Source: an uncultured Clostridia bacterium
Lineage (GTDB): Bacteria; Bacillota; Clostridia; TANB77; CAG-508
Length of the DNA stretch: 64,000 bases
Assembly (NCBI GenBank): GCA_944386195.1
Contig: CALXAD010000005.1
Span: 2,446-66,445, forward strand
Direction of reading: 5' to 3'
Shown here: positions 51,701-59,732 of the stretch, in pieces
Layout of the letters: each line of letters begins with the position of its first letter
Numbering within the stretch: the first letter of the stretch is position 1
Position numbers and translations under genes: made by a program
The notes under the pieces: generated by a model
What the model was told of the DNA's origin: nothing
The model's input: the letters and a program-made list of their open reading frames with translations, nothing else
Databases searched by the model: none

Positions 51701-52184
51701 ATATACATACCATATCTTGTAATTTAGTTTTTAAATATATATCATCAGTTTTTTCTATTTCGTTTGTCAAGTCTAAAGTAGAAACTCCATGTTTTTTAAA
51801 TTCTGTAATTGCTCTCATACTTAAATCGATATTTTCATCGCTTTTTCCTAAAAATTTTAAATTCTTCTTATTGTTACTAAGTATTGAATAAATTAACATT
51901 GCCTTTCCACATTTAGATAAATTTGTTTTATTTAATCCCCCAATTTCTCCCATAACACGATAAGCCATTCTGCTTAAAGTTATTACTTCTGCTGAAATAA
52001 CTGCACCGTTTCTAATTTTTCCCATTTCATCCATAAGTTTTTTCTCTGCTGTAAATGAAAATTGTTCTGGTGTTATTATATATATTTTCTTTTCATTTTC
52101 TTTTTCAATTAATCTAGCTACTTCAGAAAAACAATAGTTACTCTTTCCACTTCCTGCTTTTCCATAAATAAGTCTTAAGCCCAT
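48795..52184 (-). CDS. addB: ATP-dependent helicase/nuclease subunit B
   Basis: GKAGSGKS, TPEQFSF, SVSRLEQYRRCPF, GKIDRID, IIDYKS and PCEYCAYKSIC motifs. Confidence 0.93.
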   Translation of the reverse strand: MGLRLIYGKAGSGKSNYCFSEVARLIEKENEKKIYIITPEQFSFTAEKKLMDEMGKIRNGAVISAEVITLSRMAYRVMGEIGGLNKTNLSKCGKAMLIYSILSNNKKNLKFLGKSDENIDLSMRAITEFKKHGVSTLDLTNEIEKTDDIYLKTKLQDMVCIYDNFEEKIANNYIEETDLLDILASNLDKVDLVKNSIIFIDEFAGFTYQEYEVIKKMITLAKEVNITICTDNLDLNTNPDTDIYYANKVTVKKLLKLVKENNLKLEETIELNKCYRFKTEELLHLSNNLYNVKSTKYVKNVDNLKLFLAKNEYSEIEEIAKRIQKLVSKNNLRYKDISIITKNIESYAPLVRAIFRQYDIPVFIDEKRDLNQNIIVQYVLSILSVLNRNFTSEDVFSYIKLGFLDIEKEEIFKLENYCNKWGITLNKWKKDFVYELDNENKKNEVQRLNEIRKEIINPLLKLQEKIKEEKTAENITKLLYKFLISQNIEEKVIEKIKDLEVKNKIELAKEYKESYQIILDVLDEIVLIFKDDKMTIDKYEKILKIGLRNSGLGKIPGTQDQVILGDVDRSRSHKVDVVFIIGLNDGNFPSNNKDEGFLNDNDREILKEDGIELAKTTLEQLYDDKFNIYKAFTTAEKQLYLSYSSSDKDGKSQRPSILITQIKKMFPSLKEESDVVTKKYEIVNKEVTYQELIENISKLKKKEKIEDIWYEIYNYYKNQEGWKEELDRDLKAINYSNLPTDIKKENIDKLYGNTLKTSVSRLEQYRRCPFSYYLQYGLKLKEKETLKVQSMDTGSFMHETIDNFFDYVREEGLELSEIDEEKIFEIVSNIVEENLKLSKNIIFTATTKYKILVRRLKKIISKALKYIIETIVYSDFSIEGTEVEFSEKGKYKPIILNLENGKRVEITGKIDRIDTATKDEGKYLRIIDYKSSAKDIDLNEVYAGLQIQLLTYTDAICRQEDIIPAGIFYFSLLEQMANKRIEEDKIEEEIRKKFKMKGLIIADVKIIKMNDNTLNVGTSKIIPAGITSSGEINKKDTKGVKQEEFKILQDYIYKTIKDISKEILSGKIDLKPFNKKGKTPCEYCAYKSICGFNTHLEGNKYNYIDQKSKDNILIKMKNETKGDGAFLSQ
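48799..48831 (-). repeat. REP-like hairpin, family A copy 3 (inside the addB 3' end)
   Basis: TGAGACAAAAAAGCTCCGTCCCCTTTTGTCTCA; translated as ETKGDGAFLSQ. Confidence 0.85.
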
Positions 52185-52205
52185 ACTTACCTCCTATGTC
52201 CAATT

Positions 52206-52260
52206 ATGTCCCATTGGGGACGTTTCTGATGCGACATTTTGTCCATTTTAGGACACATCC
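52206..52260 (+). repeat. REP-like repeat, family B copy 2 (upstream of the addB RBS)
   Basis: TGTCCCATTGGGGACGTTTCTGATGCGACATTTTGTCCATTTTAGGACACATCC. Confidence 0.8.
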
Positions 52261-52360
52261 TTTTCTCTGTTTTCTTTTTTAGATTTTATAACAGAAAGCA
52301 AAAAATAGCAAGAAAAACTTGCTATTTGATTTTACAATAATTATTGTAATATTTAAATCA

Positions 52361-53530
52361 TTATTCTAAAAAATGTGCTGCTATTGTTTTATCATAATTA
52401 TTTTTTAATTCATTTTCATTTAGTGGTCTATTATATAATCTTAAGCTATATATTGTTAATTTTCCATAATACCAATCAACTGTTCCATCTTTATTACCAA
52501 CTGCATTTCTCCCTAAATAACAAGGAATAGATTCGTCTTGCATTACAACCTTTCCTCCTCTTTCTCCATTCCAATATTCTCTATTCACTATATCTGAATC
52601 TATAAATTCATTATCTTTATATAATTTAAATTCATTTTTTTCTGCATCAAATGTTAAATCAAAATATGCTACATCTCCCAGAGAATATGAACAAGGAATA
52701 TTCAAATTTCCATTATTTCCAGCATCATCACTTGACCATTTTGAATTTGCTCTATTCTTAGATGTATTAAATAAAAACACATTTTTACCTATTGCAAATC
52801 TACATGAATAAGCTGTATCATTTCCTCTCTGTTTTGAAAAGAACGAATAGTTATTATTAGCTATTCCATAAAATGATAAAGTAAATCCTTTACTATAATC
52901 TGCTGTTGATTTAAATTCTACATAGTCGTTTTTTCCATCAAAATTTAATCCCTTATTTGTTATCTCTTCTGTATTATCATCAAATCCATGAAGTGTCACT
53001 CCTTCTCCCCATGTTGTTAAATCACTATTATCCATATTATTTGAATCTACATTAAATACTAAGCCATCTGTTACTGCTAATTCATCTTTATATGATAATT
53101 CTGTATATTTTCCTTCTTCTAATTGAACAAATTCTCCTGTATATTCATTTACTAACCAATTATATTTTGTCTTTCCATAATTTTCTACTTCTGTTTCCTT
53201 TGATATATATCTCCATCCATCATCATATTTTTCCTGTGTTTCATTTATTACTATTACATCCCATATATTACTATTTTCTAATGTCTTTTTATACAATTTT
53301 CTTCCTATATCATATTTACTATTATTACTTACTTCTTTATTTATCATTGTTAACTGTATTGCTTCTTTTTCTGATGATATTTCTGTTTGTTCTTTTGCAT
53401 TAGTTGCCTGTCCTAGTATTCCATTATCTCCTGTTAACATCGAAATTGATACTCCTACCAAAATAAGTAAAACTATAATCGTTAATACTAAAGCTATTAG
53501 TGTAATTCCTTTTTCATTTGTTCTTTTCAT
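52361..53530 (-). CDS. Type IV pilin-like protein with LamG/ConA-like C-terminal domain
   Basis: KG/ITLIALVLTIIVLLILVGVSI; LNFDGKNDYV...IYSLRLYNRPL. Confidence 0.75.
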   Translation of the reverse strand: MKRTNEKGITLIALVLTIIVLLILVGVSISMLTGDNGILGQATNAKEQTEISSEKEAIQLTMINKEVSNNSKYDIGRKLYKKTLENSNIWDVIVINETQEKYDDGWRYISKETEVENYGKTKYNWLVNEYTGEFVQLEEGKYTELSYKDELAVTDGLVFNVDSNNMDNSDLTTWGEGVTLHGFDDNTEEITNKGLNFDGKNDYVEFKSTADYSKGFTLSFYGIANNNYSFFSKQRGNDTAYSCRFAIGKNVFLFNTSKNRANSKWSSDDAGNNGNLNIPCSYSLGDVAYFDLTFDAEKNEFKLYKDNEFIDSDIVNREYWNGERGGKVVMQDESIPCYLGRNAVGNKDGTVDWYYGKLTIYSLRLYNRPLNENELKNNYDKTIAAHFLE

Positions 53531-53550
53531 TTCTTCCTCCTATATTTCGA

Positions 53551-53604
53551 GGCACATATGCCCCTTTCAAGATAAATTATAGCAAAATGGGGCATATATG
53601 TCAA
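53551..53604 (-). promoter_or_regulatory. Consensus sigma-A promoter of the pilin gene with two candidate operator boxes
   Basis: TTGACA(53604-53599)-17-TATAAT(53581-53576); quasi-palindromes GGCACATATGCC (53551) and GGCATATATGTC (53591). Confidence 0.7.
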
Positions 53605-53663
53605 TGACTAATAAAATAATTTATTATAAAATTAAGTATAGTTTATTTATTGAGGGTGAATTT

Positions 53664-53873
53664 ATGTTACAAGAATATAGAAAGCGAGCAAAAATTACAC
53701 AAGAAAAATTGTCAGAAATAACTGGTTTAGATAGAAAAACTATTTTTAGAATAGAAAACGATAAAACTATTCCTAAAGTAGATAATTATGCAAAAATGGT
53801 AGTTGCTTTAAATTTAAGTAATGAAGAAATAGGAGAACATATAAGGAAAATAGCAAAAAATAAAGATAAGTGA
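53664..53873 (+). CDS. XRE-family HTH regulator
   Basis: MLQEYRKRAKITQEKLSEITGLDRKTIFRIE; GAGGGTG RBS. Confidence 0.85.
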   Translation: MLQEYRKRAKITQEKLSEITGLDRKTIFRIENDKTIPKVDNYAKMVVALNLSNEEIGEHIRKIAKNKDK

Positions 53874-53900
53874 TTTTAAAATTCACCTATCTTTTTTAAA

Positions 53901-53951
53901 TGTATCCCTTATTGGACAAAATGTCCAATAAGAAACTTCCCCAATTGTTCA
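53901..53951 (-). repeat. REP-like repeat, family B copy 3 (inverted; overlaps the stop codon at 53949)
   Basis: Minus strand TGAACAATTGGGGAAGTTTCTTATTGGACATTTTGTCCAATAAGGGATACA. Confidence 0.7.
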
Positions 53952-55346
53952 ACAATTTACTTTCCAATATCCTTTTTTATCAGAACCTACTCTTTCTATT
54001 ATTTTTTTATCTTTTAATTGTTTCATTGTTCTCTTTACTGTTCTTAGCGGTATTGATGTTTGTTTTGTTATTTGATTTTGTGTAATATTAGGATTTAATT
54101 TTAATATATTTATTATTATATTTTCACTATCTTTTACAGTGCCACTTACAGTGCCATTTACAGTGCCATTTATAATATTAATTGTTTTATCTTCTTTTAG
54201 CACGTTTGTTGCAACATCTTCAAGTTCTTCATTAGTTTTTCTATAAAATATTACTGTAAATCCTAATTTATCCATTCTAAACTCTACTTTTACATTATTT
54301 TTCTTGCATTCTTCAAATATTCTCCTTATTCCAGTTCCAAATGTTTCTACTTCATGACATAAAAATAATGTTTGTCCTATTAATTTATTCCTTAAAATTG
54401 ATTTTCCTTTTCCTTCTATGTAATCTTCTGGCGTGTAGTCTTCTGGAAATTGTCCCGGATTATATATTTCAACTCTATTTTTATATATTGTTATTTCCAC
54501 ATCTTGATTACTTATCATAGATTTATGACATAACGAATTCATTACAGCTTCACGAATAGATGCTATTGGTATCTCTGGAATTTCCATCCTTTCTAATTTT
54601 CCTGTTTCAAAATTGACAGTCCAATTTATATGCTCTTTTACATAAGTTTCTCCTATGCTACTAAGTTCTAATATATTTCCTTCTTTCCTTGAGATATCTA
54701 GAAAAGTTAAATTCGTATTGGTAGCAAACATTGCCATTTTTAAAACTATTTTAGCATTTTTCCCAAACAAAGCATTTCCAGCATTTAATAATTTTCCTTC
54801 TTTATTAATTAAACCTAATCTATTTAATATATCCCTTTTACTAGTATACTCATAATTAATTCTTTTACTTTCATTACCCTGCTTTATACATTTTTTTAAT
54901 AATTCCTCATTTACTTCTTCATAACTATATTCTGTGATTTCATTCTCCCATCTCGTATCAAAATCACTTGATTTCATAATTAAATTTTTAATTTCCTTTT
55001 GTGATAACTGTCTATCTTCATCTCCAACTCTCATATATGCCCTACCATAAGATAAATACGGAATTTCTTCCCCTTTAAATTCGACTCTTATACATTCTTT
55101 TCCATCTATACTAACCTTTTGTACATTAGGATATATTTTGGGCTCTATATTTTCTGATATTGCCCTAGTTACATCTCTTATAGTGCTTTCTCCCATTTGT
55201 TGTCCTACAATTTTACCATTATTTTTTATTCCAAAATATAAAGTTCCTCCTCTATGTTTATTTAATATTGCTACTATTGAATTTAATGCTGCTGGTAATT
55301 CAGCTGTTGATGTCTTAAATTCTAAAATTTCTGTTTCTTCTTTCAT
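53949..55346 (-). CDS. AlbA_2 (Schlafen-like) + HATPase_c_4 + HTH protein
   Basis: ETEILEFK...IVAILNKHRGGTLYFGIKNNG; IREAVMNSLCHK, EIYNPG, RNKLI and ETFGTGI motifs; C-terminal HTH ending RVGSDKKGYW. Confidence 0.85.
   Translation of the reverse strand: MKEETEILEFKTSTAELPAALNSIVAILNKHRGGTLYFGIKNNGKIVGQQMGESTIRDVTRAISENIEPKIYPNVQKVSIDGKECIRVEFKGEEIPYLSYGRAYMRVGDEDRQLSQKEIKNLIMKSSDFDTRWENEITEYSYEEVNEELLKKCIKQGNESKRINYEYTSKRDILNRLGLINKEGKLLNAGNALFGKNAKIVLKMAMFATNTNLTFLDISRKEGNILELSSIGETYVKEHINWTVNFETGKLERMEIPEIPIASIREAVMNSLCHKSMISNQDVEITIYKNRVEIYNPGQFPEDYTPEDYIEGKGKSILRNKLIGQTLFLCHEVETFGTGIRRIFEECKKNNVKVEFRMDKLGFTVIFYRKTNEELEDVATNVLKEDKTINIINGTVNGTVSGTVKDSENIIINILKLNPNITQNQITKQTSIPLRTVKRTMKQLKDKKIIERVGSDKKGYWKVNC
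54135..54170 (-). repeat. Three 12-bp tandem repeats (NGTV linker)
   Basis: AATGGCACTGTA twice plus AGTGGCACTGTA. Confidence 0.8.
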
Positions 55347-55794
55347 TTTTTCCTCCTCTTTGCTTTGTTAATTAATTTGTCTTTTTCTATTTTTTTCTTT
55401 AACCTTTTGTGGAATTTTTTTATTTCAGATACAAAATAAAATAAATAATGAAACTATTAAAAATCAGATTATAAATATAAAACAAAATTATAATTTTAAA
55501 TAACAAACAACAAAAAATTAATAAAAGTCCTAGATTTTAAAAATATTTTTTAATGAAAACTGTTTTTTTAGAAAAATAGAACTTAAAAATATATTATTAT
55601 TATTTTGAATAAAATTATATGAGAACTCAAACTAGATTTAAAATCATTTGAATGCAACAAAATTTAAAATTGATTTTAAAATATGTTACCATAATTTTAT
55701 TTATTTTGCAAGCACTTTTAAAATTTTTTCCAACAAATAAAGATAAATGAAAATAAAAATCATTTATCTTTAAGATATATAACTTAATAGAAAT

Positions 55795-56673
55795 TTAAGC
55801 TTCTCTTCTCCAATAAAATAGATATTGTTGTGCTAATCCTGCTAAGTTTCCAAATTTTTCTTTTGCTATTTTTTCTATTTGTTTTTTATTTACTTTTGTT
55901 TCATCTTCATTTTTTATGTATAAATCATTCATTACTCTTCTTACCCATACATCTATTGGAAATACTTCAAATCTTTTTAAGTCTGAAAATAATAATATAC
56001 AATCTGCAACCTTTGGTCCTACTCCTGATAATGTAAGTAACTTATCTCTTACTTCTATAGTATTTTGATTATTCCTTAATTCATCTAAGTTTACTTCACC
56101 ATCTAATATCATCTTAGTTGTTTCATAAAGTCTTATATCTCTAAAACCTAATCCTAATTCTCTATATTTTTCTACACTCACATCTTTTAATTCTTCTGCA
56201 GTTGGAAATGTATAATATTTTTTTCCATTATATTCTATTTCTTTTCCATAGTTTTTAGATAATCTTTCTATTATCCCTTTTATTCTTGGAATATTATTAT
56301 TTGCTGATATTATAAAAGATATTATTGTTTCCCATAAATCTTGATTTAATATTCTTATTCCTTTACCATATTCAACACTTTTTTTCATATTATCGTCTAT
56401 TTTGCTTAAAGTTTCTTTTATTTTTCCATAATCTCTATTTAAATCAAAATAATCTTCTACTACTTCTTTTATATCTCCATTACACATACCTCTAAATGTT
56501 ACTCTGCTTTCTTTACCATTTTCTTGCTTTTTTACATTTAAAACATTTCCTTTAAACACTCCTGTATAGCTTCCATCATCTTGTTCATTCCATCTAAAGC
56601 ATTGCCCACAATCAAAGATATCTTTTAGTTCAAATGAATCTAAGTTCTCTACTTCATACATTTGCTCTTTCAT
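55795..56673 (-). CDS. 8-oxoguanine DNA glycosylase (OGG1-like, HhH-GPD)
   Basis: CGQCFRW, IISANNNIPRI, GVGPKVADC, FPIDVWV and AQQYLF motifs. Confidence 0.92.
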   Translation of the reverse strand: MKEQMYEVENLDSFELKDIFDCGQCFRWNEQDDGSYTGVFKGNVLNVKKQENGKESRVTFRGMCNGDIKEVVEDYFDLNRDYGKIKETLSKIDDNMKKSVEYGKGIRILNQDLWETIISFIISANNNIPRIKGIIERLSKNYGKEIEYNGKKYYTFPTAEELKDVSVEKYRELGLGFRDIRLYETTKMILDGEVNLDELRNNQNTIEVRDKLLTLSGVGPKVADCILLFSDLKRFEVFPIDVWVRRVMNDLYIKNEDETKVNKKQIEKIAKEKFGNLAGLAQQYLFYWRREA

Positions 56674-56738
56674 ACTATCACCATTTTTATTTTACAATAT
56701 TTATGGCTATATTTCAATAACATTTAAGACTATAAAAT

Positions 56739-56930
56739 TTATTTTATGTTATTTTTATTATCTTCATCTTCTAAATTATTTAATGCATATTCACAAGCTT
56801 GTATTACAAATCTTGAAAACGTTACATCTTTATTCCTTATTGCTTTTTCTATTTGTTCTATTAATGGTATCGGAAATCTTATTGTTTTATTTTCTGTTTC
56901 TTTTCTATATGGTTTTATTTGAAATGCCAT
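56739..56930 (-). CDS. Small ribbon-helix-helix DNA-binding protein
   Basis: NKTIRFPIPLIEQIE...TFSRFVIQACEYAL; AGGAGG RBS. Confidence 0.7.
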   Translation of the reverse strand: MAFQIKPYRKETENKTIRFPIPLIEQIEKAIRNKDVTFSRFVIQACEYALNNLEDEDNKNNIK

Positions 56931-57066
56931 TTGCATTACCTCCTATACTGATAGATTGTATTGCAAAAGCAGAAATAAATAAGCATTGCAAATAGTATTA
57001 TAAAAAGCAATGTTTATTTTCAAATTTTACATTGATAGAATTTAAACAAATAAACTAAAGAAAGGA

Positions 57067-58545
57067 ATGTTAAACATGCAAAAGTTAAATTTAAAATTAA
57101 AAGAAAAAAGCACTAAAGGTATTACACTTATTGCGTTAGTTATTACTATAGTTATACTTCTAATACTTGCAGGAGTAAGCATTGCTATGCTAACAGGAGA
57201 TAATGGAATTCTTACACACGCACAAAAAGCAAAGGAAGAAACAGAAAAAGCACAAGAAAATGAAGAATCAAATTTAGACTACATGAATAAATATATAAAT
57301 AAAGTGGTAAATAATGAAAGTATAGTATTAAATGAAGGAACAGTTTGCCCATTAGATGAAAATCAATTTGATACTTTTGATGAATGGGGAAACTTTCAAA
57401 AATGGGGCAAAGCAGAATATTCAACTGACTATGTAAGAAATACAAAAAAATCTATAAAATTAACTAGATATGTAATAAATGATGAAAATTATCATGACCC
57501 AGCAATTGGAATACCTGTTGAATTAGATTTATCAAACGTTTCAAATATTGGTATTTGGGTATACTGCCCATATTTTGAAAGTGGTATTAACTGGGCTGAT
57601 TGTAATTTAAGCGTAGTATTTTCAGGTCAAACTTGGGTTGGAGCATTTAATGTAGATAATTGCATAGAAAAAACTATTTATGCTAACGCATTTTCAGTTG
57701 GATGGAACTTCTTAAATTTTAGTATAGATGATTTTACTAGTCATGGAAATATAAATTTATCTGATATAAATTATGTCTTATTAAAACTATCTAGTGATAA
57801 TAAATCCATAGAGCATACTTTATATGTTGATAGTATTGTTCTTGATTATAAGATGAAACCAACTATATTATTAAATTACGATTCATCTAGCCAAAATTTA
57901 TATGACACAATATATCCGTTATTAAAAGAACGTAACTTTGTTGGAACAGCATTTATGGCTAATCTCTCATTTGGAAACGATAATAGCATAACCAAAAACC
58001 AATATCAAGAGATGAAAAATAATGGTTGGGACTTTGGAATGTATGGTGGAATGAATACAAATAATGGATATATAGAAAATACTGAATTAGGGAAAAATGG
58101 TAATTATGATGAACAATATAAATCCTTAAAAGCTGAAAAAGATTTATTAGAAGCCCAAGGAATAACAGATTTAGTATCTTATGGATGCCCTAATAATGCT
58201 ACTAGTAATACAAATATGCAAGTATTAAATGATTTAGGATTTAAAATTGTAAGAGCAGAAGGAAATTATTATACTTATCCACATAAAGAAATAACTCATG
58301 GCAAAGGAGTAGGTATAATAGATTCAAATTTAGATTCAGTAAAAAGTGAAATTGATAAATGTATAAAAACAGGATATGCTTTAAGTATACTTACACACGG
58401 AGTTTATGAAAATAATTCAAATACATTATATACTGACAAAACAACTTATACTCAATTATTAGATTATATTAAATCAAAAGTAGATGCTGGGGAATTGCAA
58501 GTAATGAGTTATAAAGATTTTTATGAATCATGTAGTATGGAATAA
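57067..58545 (+). CDS. Type IV pilin-like protein with a beta-sandwich and a NodB/CE4 deacetylase-like domain
   Basis: KG/ITLIALVITIVILLILAGVSI; PTILLNYDSS...YPLLKE..FVGTAF...GWDFG...YGCPNN...ILTHG. Confidence 0.7.
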   Translation: MLNMQKLNLKLKEKSTKGITLIALVITIVILLILAGVSIAMLTGDNGILTHAQKAKEETEKAQENEESNLDYMNKYINKVVNNESIVLNEGTVCPLDENQFDTFDEWGNFQKWGKAEYSTDYVRNTKKSIKLTRYVINDENYHDPAIGIPVELDLSNVSNIGIWVYCPYFESGINWADCNLSVVFSGQTWVGAFNVDNCIEKTIYANAFSVGWNFLNFSIDDFTSHGNINLSDINYVLLKLSSDNKSIEHTLYVDSIVLDYKMKPTILLNYDSSSQNLYDTIYPLLKERNFVGTAFMANLSFGNDNSITKNQYQEMKNNGWDFGMYGGMNTNNGYIENTELGKNGNYDEQYKSLKAEKDLLEAQGITDLVSYGCPNNATSNTNMQVLNDLGFKIVRAEGNYYTYPHKEITHGKGVGIIDSNLDSVKSEIDKCIKTGYALSILTHGVYENNSNTLYTDKTTYTQLLDYIKSKVDAGELQVMSYKDFYESCSME

Positions 58546-58555
58546 ATTTATTATG

Positions 58556-58595
58556 AGATTTATCTTATTTAATTAAGATAAATCCCTATTTTTTT
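58556..58595 (+). terminator. Intrinsic terminator after the pilin-like gene
   Basis: GATTTATCTTA...TAAGATAAATC plus T-run. Confidence 0.7.
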
Positions 58596-58621
58596 CTTTT
58601 CTAAAATTATATAAAGCTATA

Positions 58622-58711
58622 AGCAATTTTTTAGATTAAGCAGTTTTACGTAGGGAAATTAAGGGTAGTAAAACTGCTGGTAAAGCAAAGCTTTAAATCT
58701 AAAAACTTGCT
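58622..58711. ncRNA. Candidate structured RNA or element (three-way junction)
   Basis: Outer stem AGCAATTTTTTAGATT/AATCTAAAAACTTGCT enclosing AGCAGTTTTAC/GTAAAACTGCT and TAAAGC/GCTTTA. Confidence 0.35.
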
Positions 58712-58748
58712 ACAAATCCCTAAAAACACATTTTAAAATTTACAGAAA

Positions 58749-58782
58749 TGAGACAAAAAAGCACCGTCCCCATTCTGTCTCA
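58749..58782 (-). repeat. REP-like hairpin, family A copy 4 (overlaps the YitT gene stop codon)
   Basis: TGAGACAAAAAAGCACCGTCCCCATTCTGTCTCA. Confidence 0.85.
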
Positions 58783-59655
58783 TTTCTCAAACCCTTGCCC
58801 TACAACCTCTCTTGAATTTGTTATGATAATAAAACTTCTTGGGTCTATCTTTCTTGCAAGCATTTTTATCCTTGCAACCTCCCTCCTTGGAGCTACACAC
58901 ATAAGCACCAATTTTTTAGTATTCGTATACATTCCTTTACCATAAAGCCCAGTTACCCCTCTTTCAATTTTCTCTTCAATATCCTTTGAAATTTCTTCAC
59001 TTTTATCAGAAACTATAATCATAAGTTTCGTAAAATCTATACCCTCAAAAAGAATATCAATAATTTTACCCATCAAATAAATTGCAATCGCAGAATAAAG
59101 CCCAATTTCTATTTCTCTAAAGAAAATCATATTTAAAGTTACAATTACAATATCAATAATTACAATTATATTTCCAGCTTGTACAGTTGGCTTATATTTT
59201 TTTGCCACATAACTCACCAAATCACTACCACCTGTTGAAGAATTAACCTTTAATAAAATTGCTGTTCCTATACCTAAAATAATACCTCCATAAACACACG
59301 CTAAAAACCTATCTTCTGTTAATGCTTTAAATTTATCTAAAAAATCTATAAATATAGATAAAGTTACTGTTCCAATCATTGATTTCACAAAAAAATATTT
59401 TCCCATTTTAAAAATTGATATTAAAAATAATGGTACATTTATTAAAATCATCATTGTTCCCATTGGTATATTAAACAAATAATATGTTATTGTTGCAATA
59501 CCTGCTACTCCTCCTGATGATAGTTGATTTGGAAGTAAAAAAAGTGATACTCCTATAGCCATTATAAATGACCCTATTATTGTACCTAATATTTCTATAA
59601 TTACTCTTTTTAACTTTGATTTTCTTTCTTCATTTTTTTCATTAATTATATCCAT
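58780..59655 (-). CDS. YitT family membrane protein
   Basis: SSGGVAG, NVPLF, STGGSD, ERGVTGLYGKGMYT and IDPRSF motifs. Confidence 0.9.
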   Translation of the reverse strand: MDIINEKNEERKSKLKRVIIEILGTIIGSFIMAIGVSLFLLPNQLSSGGVAGIATITYYLFNIPMGTMMILINVPLFLISIFKMGKYFFVKSMIGTVTLSIFIDFLDKFKALTEDRFLACVYGGIILGIGTAILLKVNSSTGGSDLVSYVAKKYKPTVQAGNIIVIIDIVIVTLNMIFFREIEIGLYSAIAIYLMGKIIDILFEGIDFTKLMIIVSDKSEEISKDIEEKIERGVTGLYGKGMYTNTKKLVLMCVAPRREVARIKMLARKIDPRSFIIITNSREVVGQGFEK

Positions 59656-59732
59656 AAAAAATCACCTTTATTTTATTATTCTTAAAATATAGGTGATTTA
59701 TTCTATCTTTAATTTATTTTAACTTATTTTTT

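Noticed and set aside
43601-54170. Coding tandem repeats (21-bp heptads at 43601; 12-bp NGTV at 54135) as contingency loci
   Set aside because: They are in-frame, low-copy and typical of these protein families, so listed as features only.
55350-55790. About 440-bp extremely AT-rich intergenic region as a possible origin or ncRNA
   Set aside because: I could not see DnaA-box clusters, iterons or stable structure.
22321-58782. CRISPR array interpretation of the 33-55 bp repeats
   Set aside because: The copies are dispersed kilobases apart, with no regular spacers and no cas genes.
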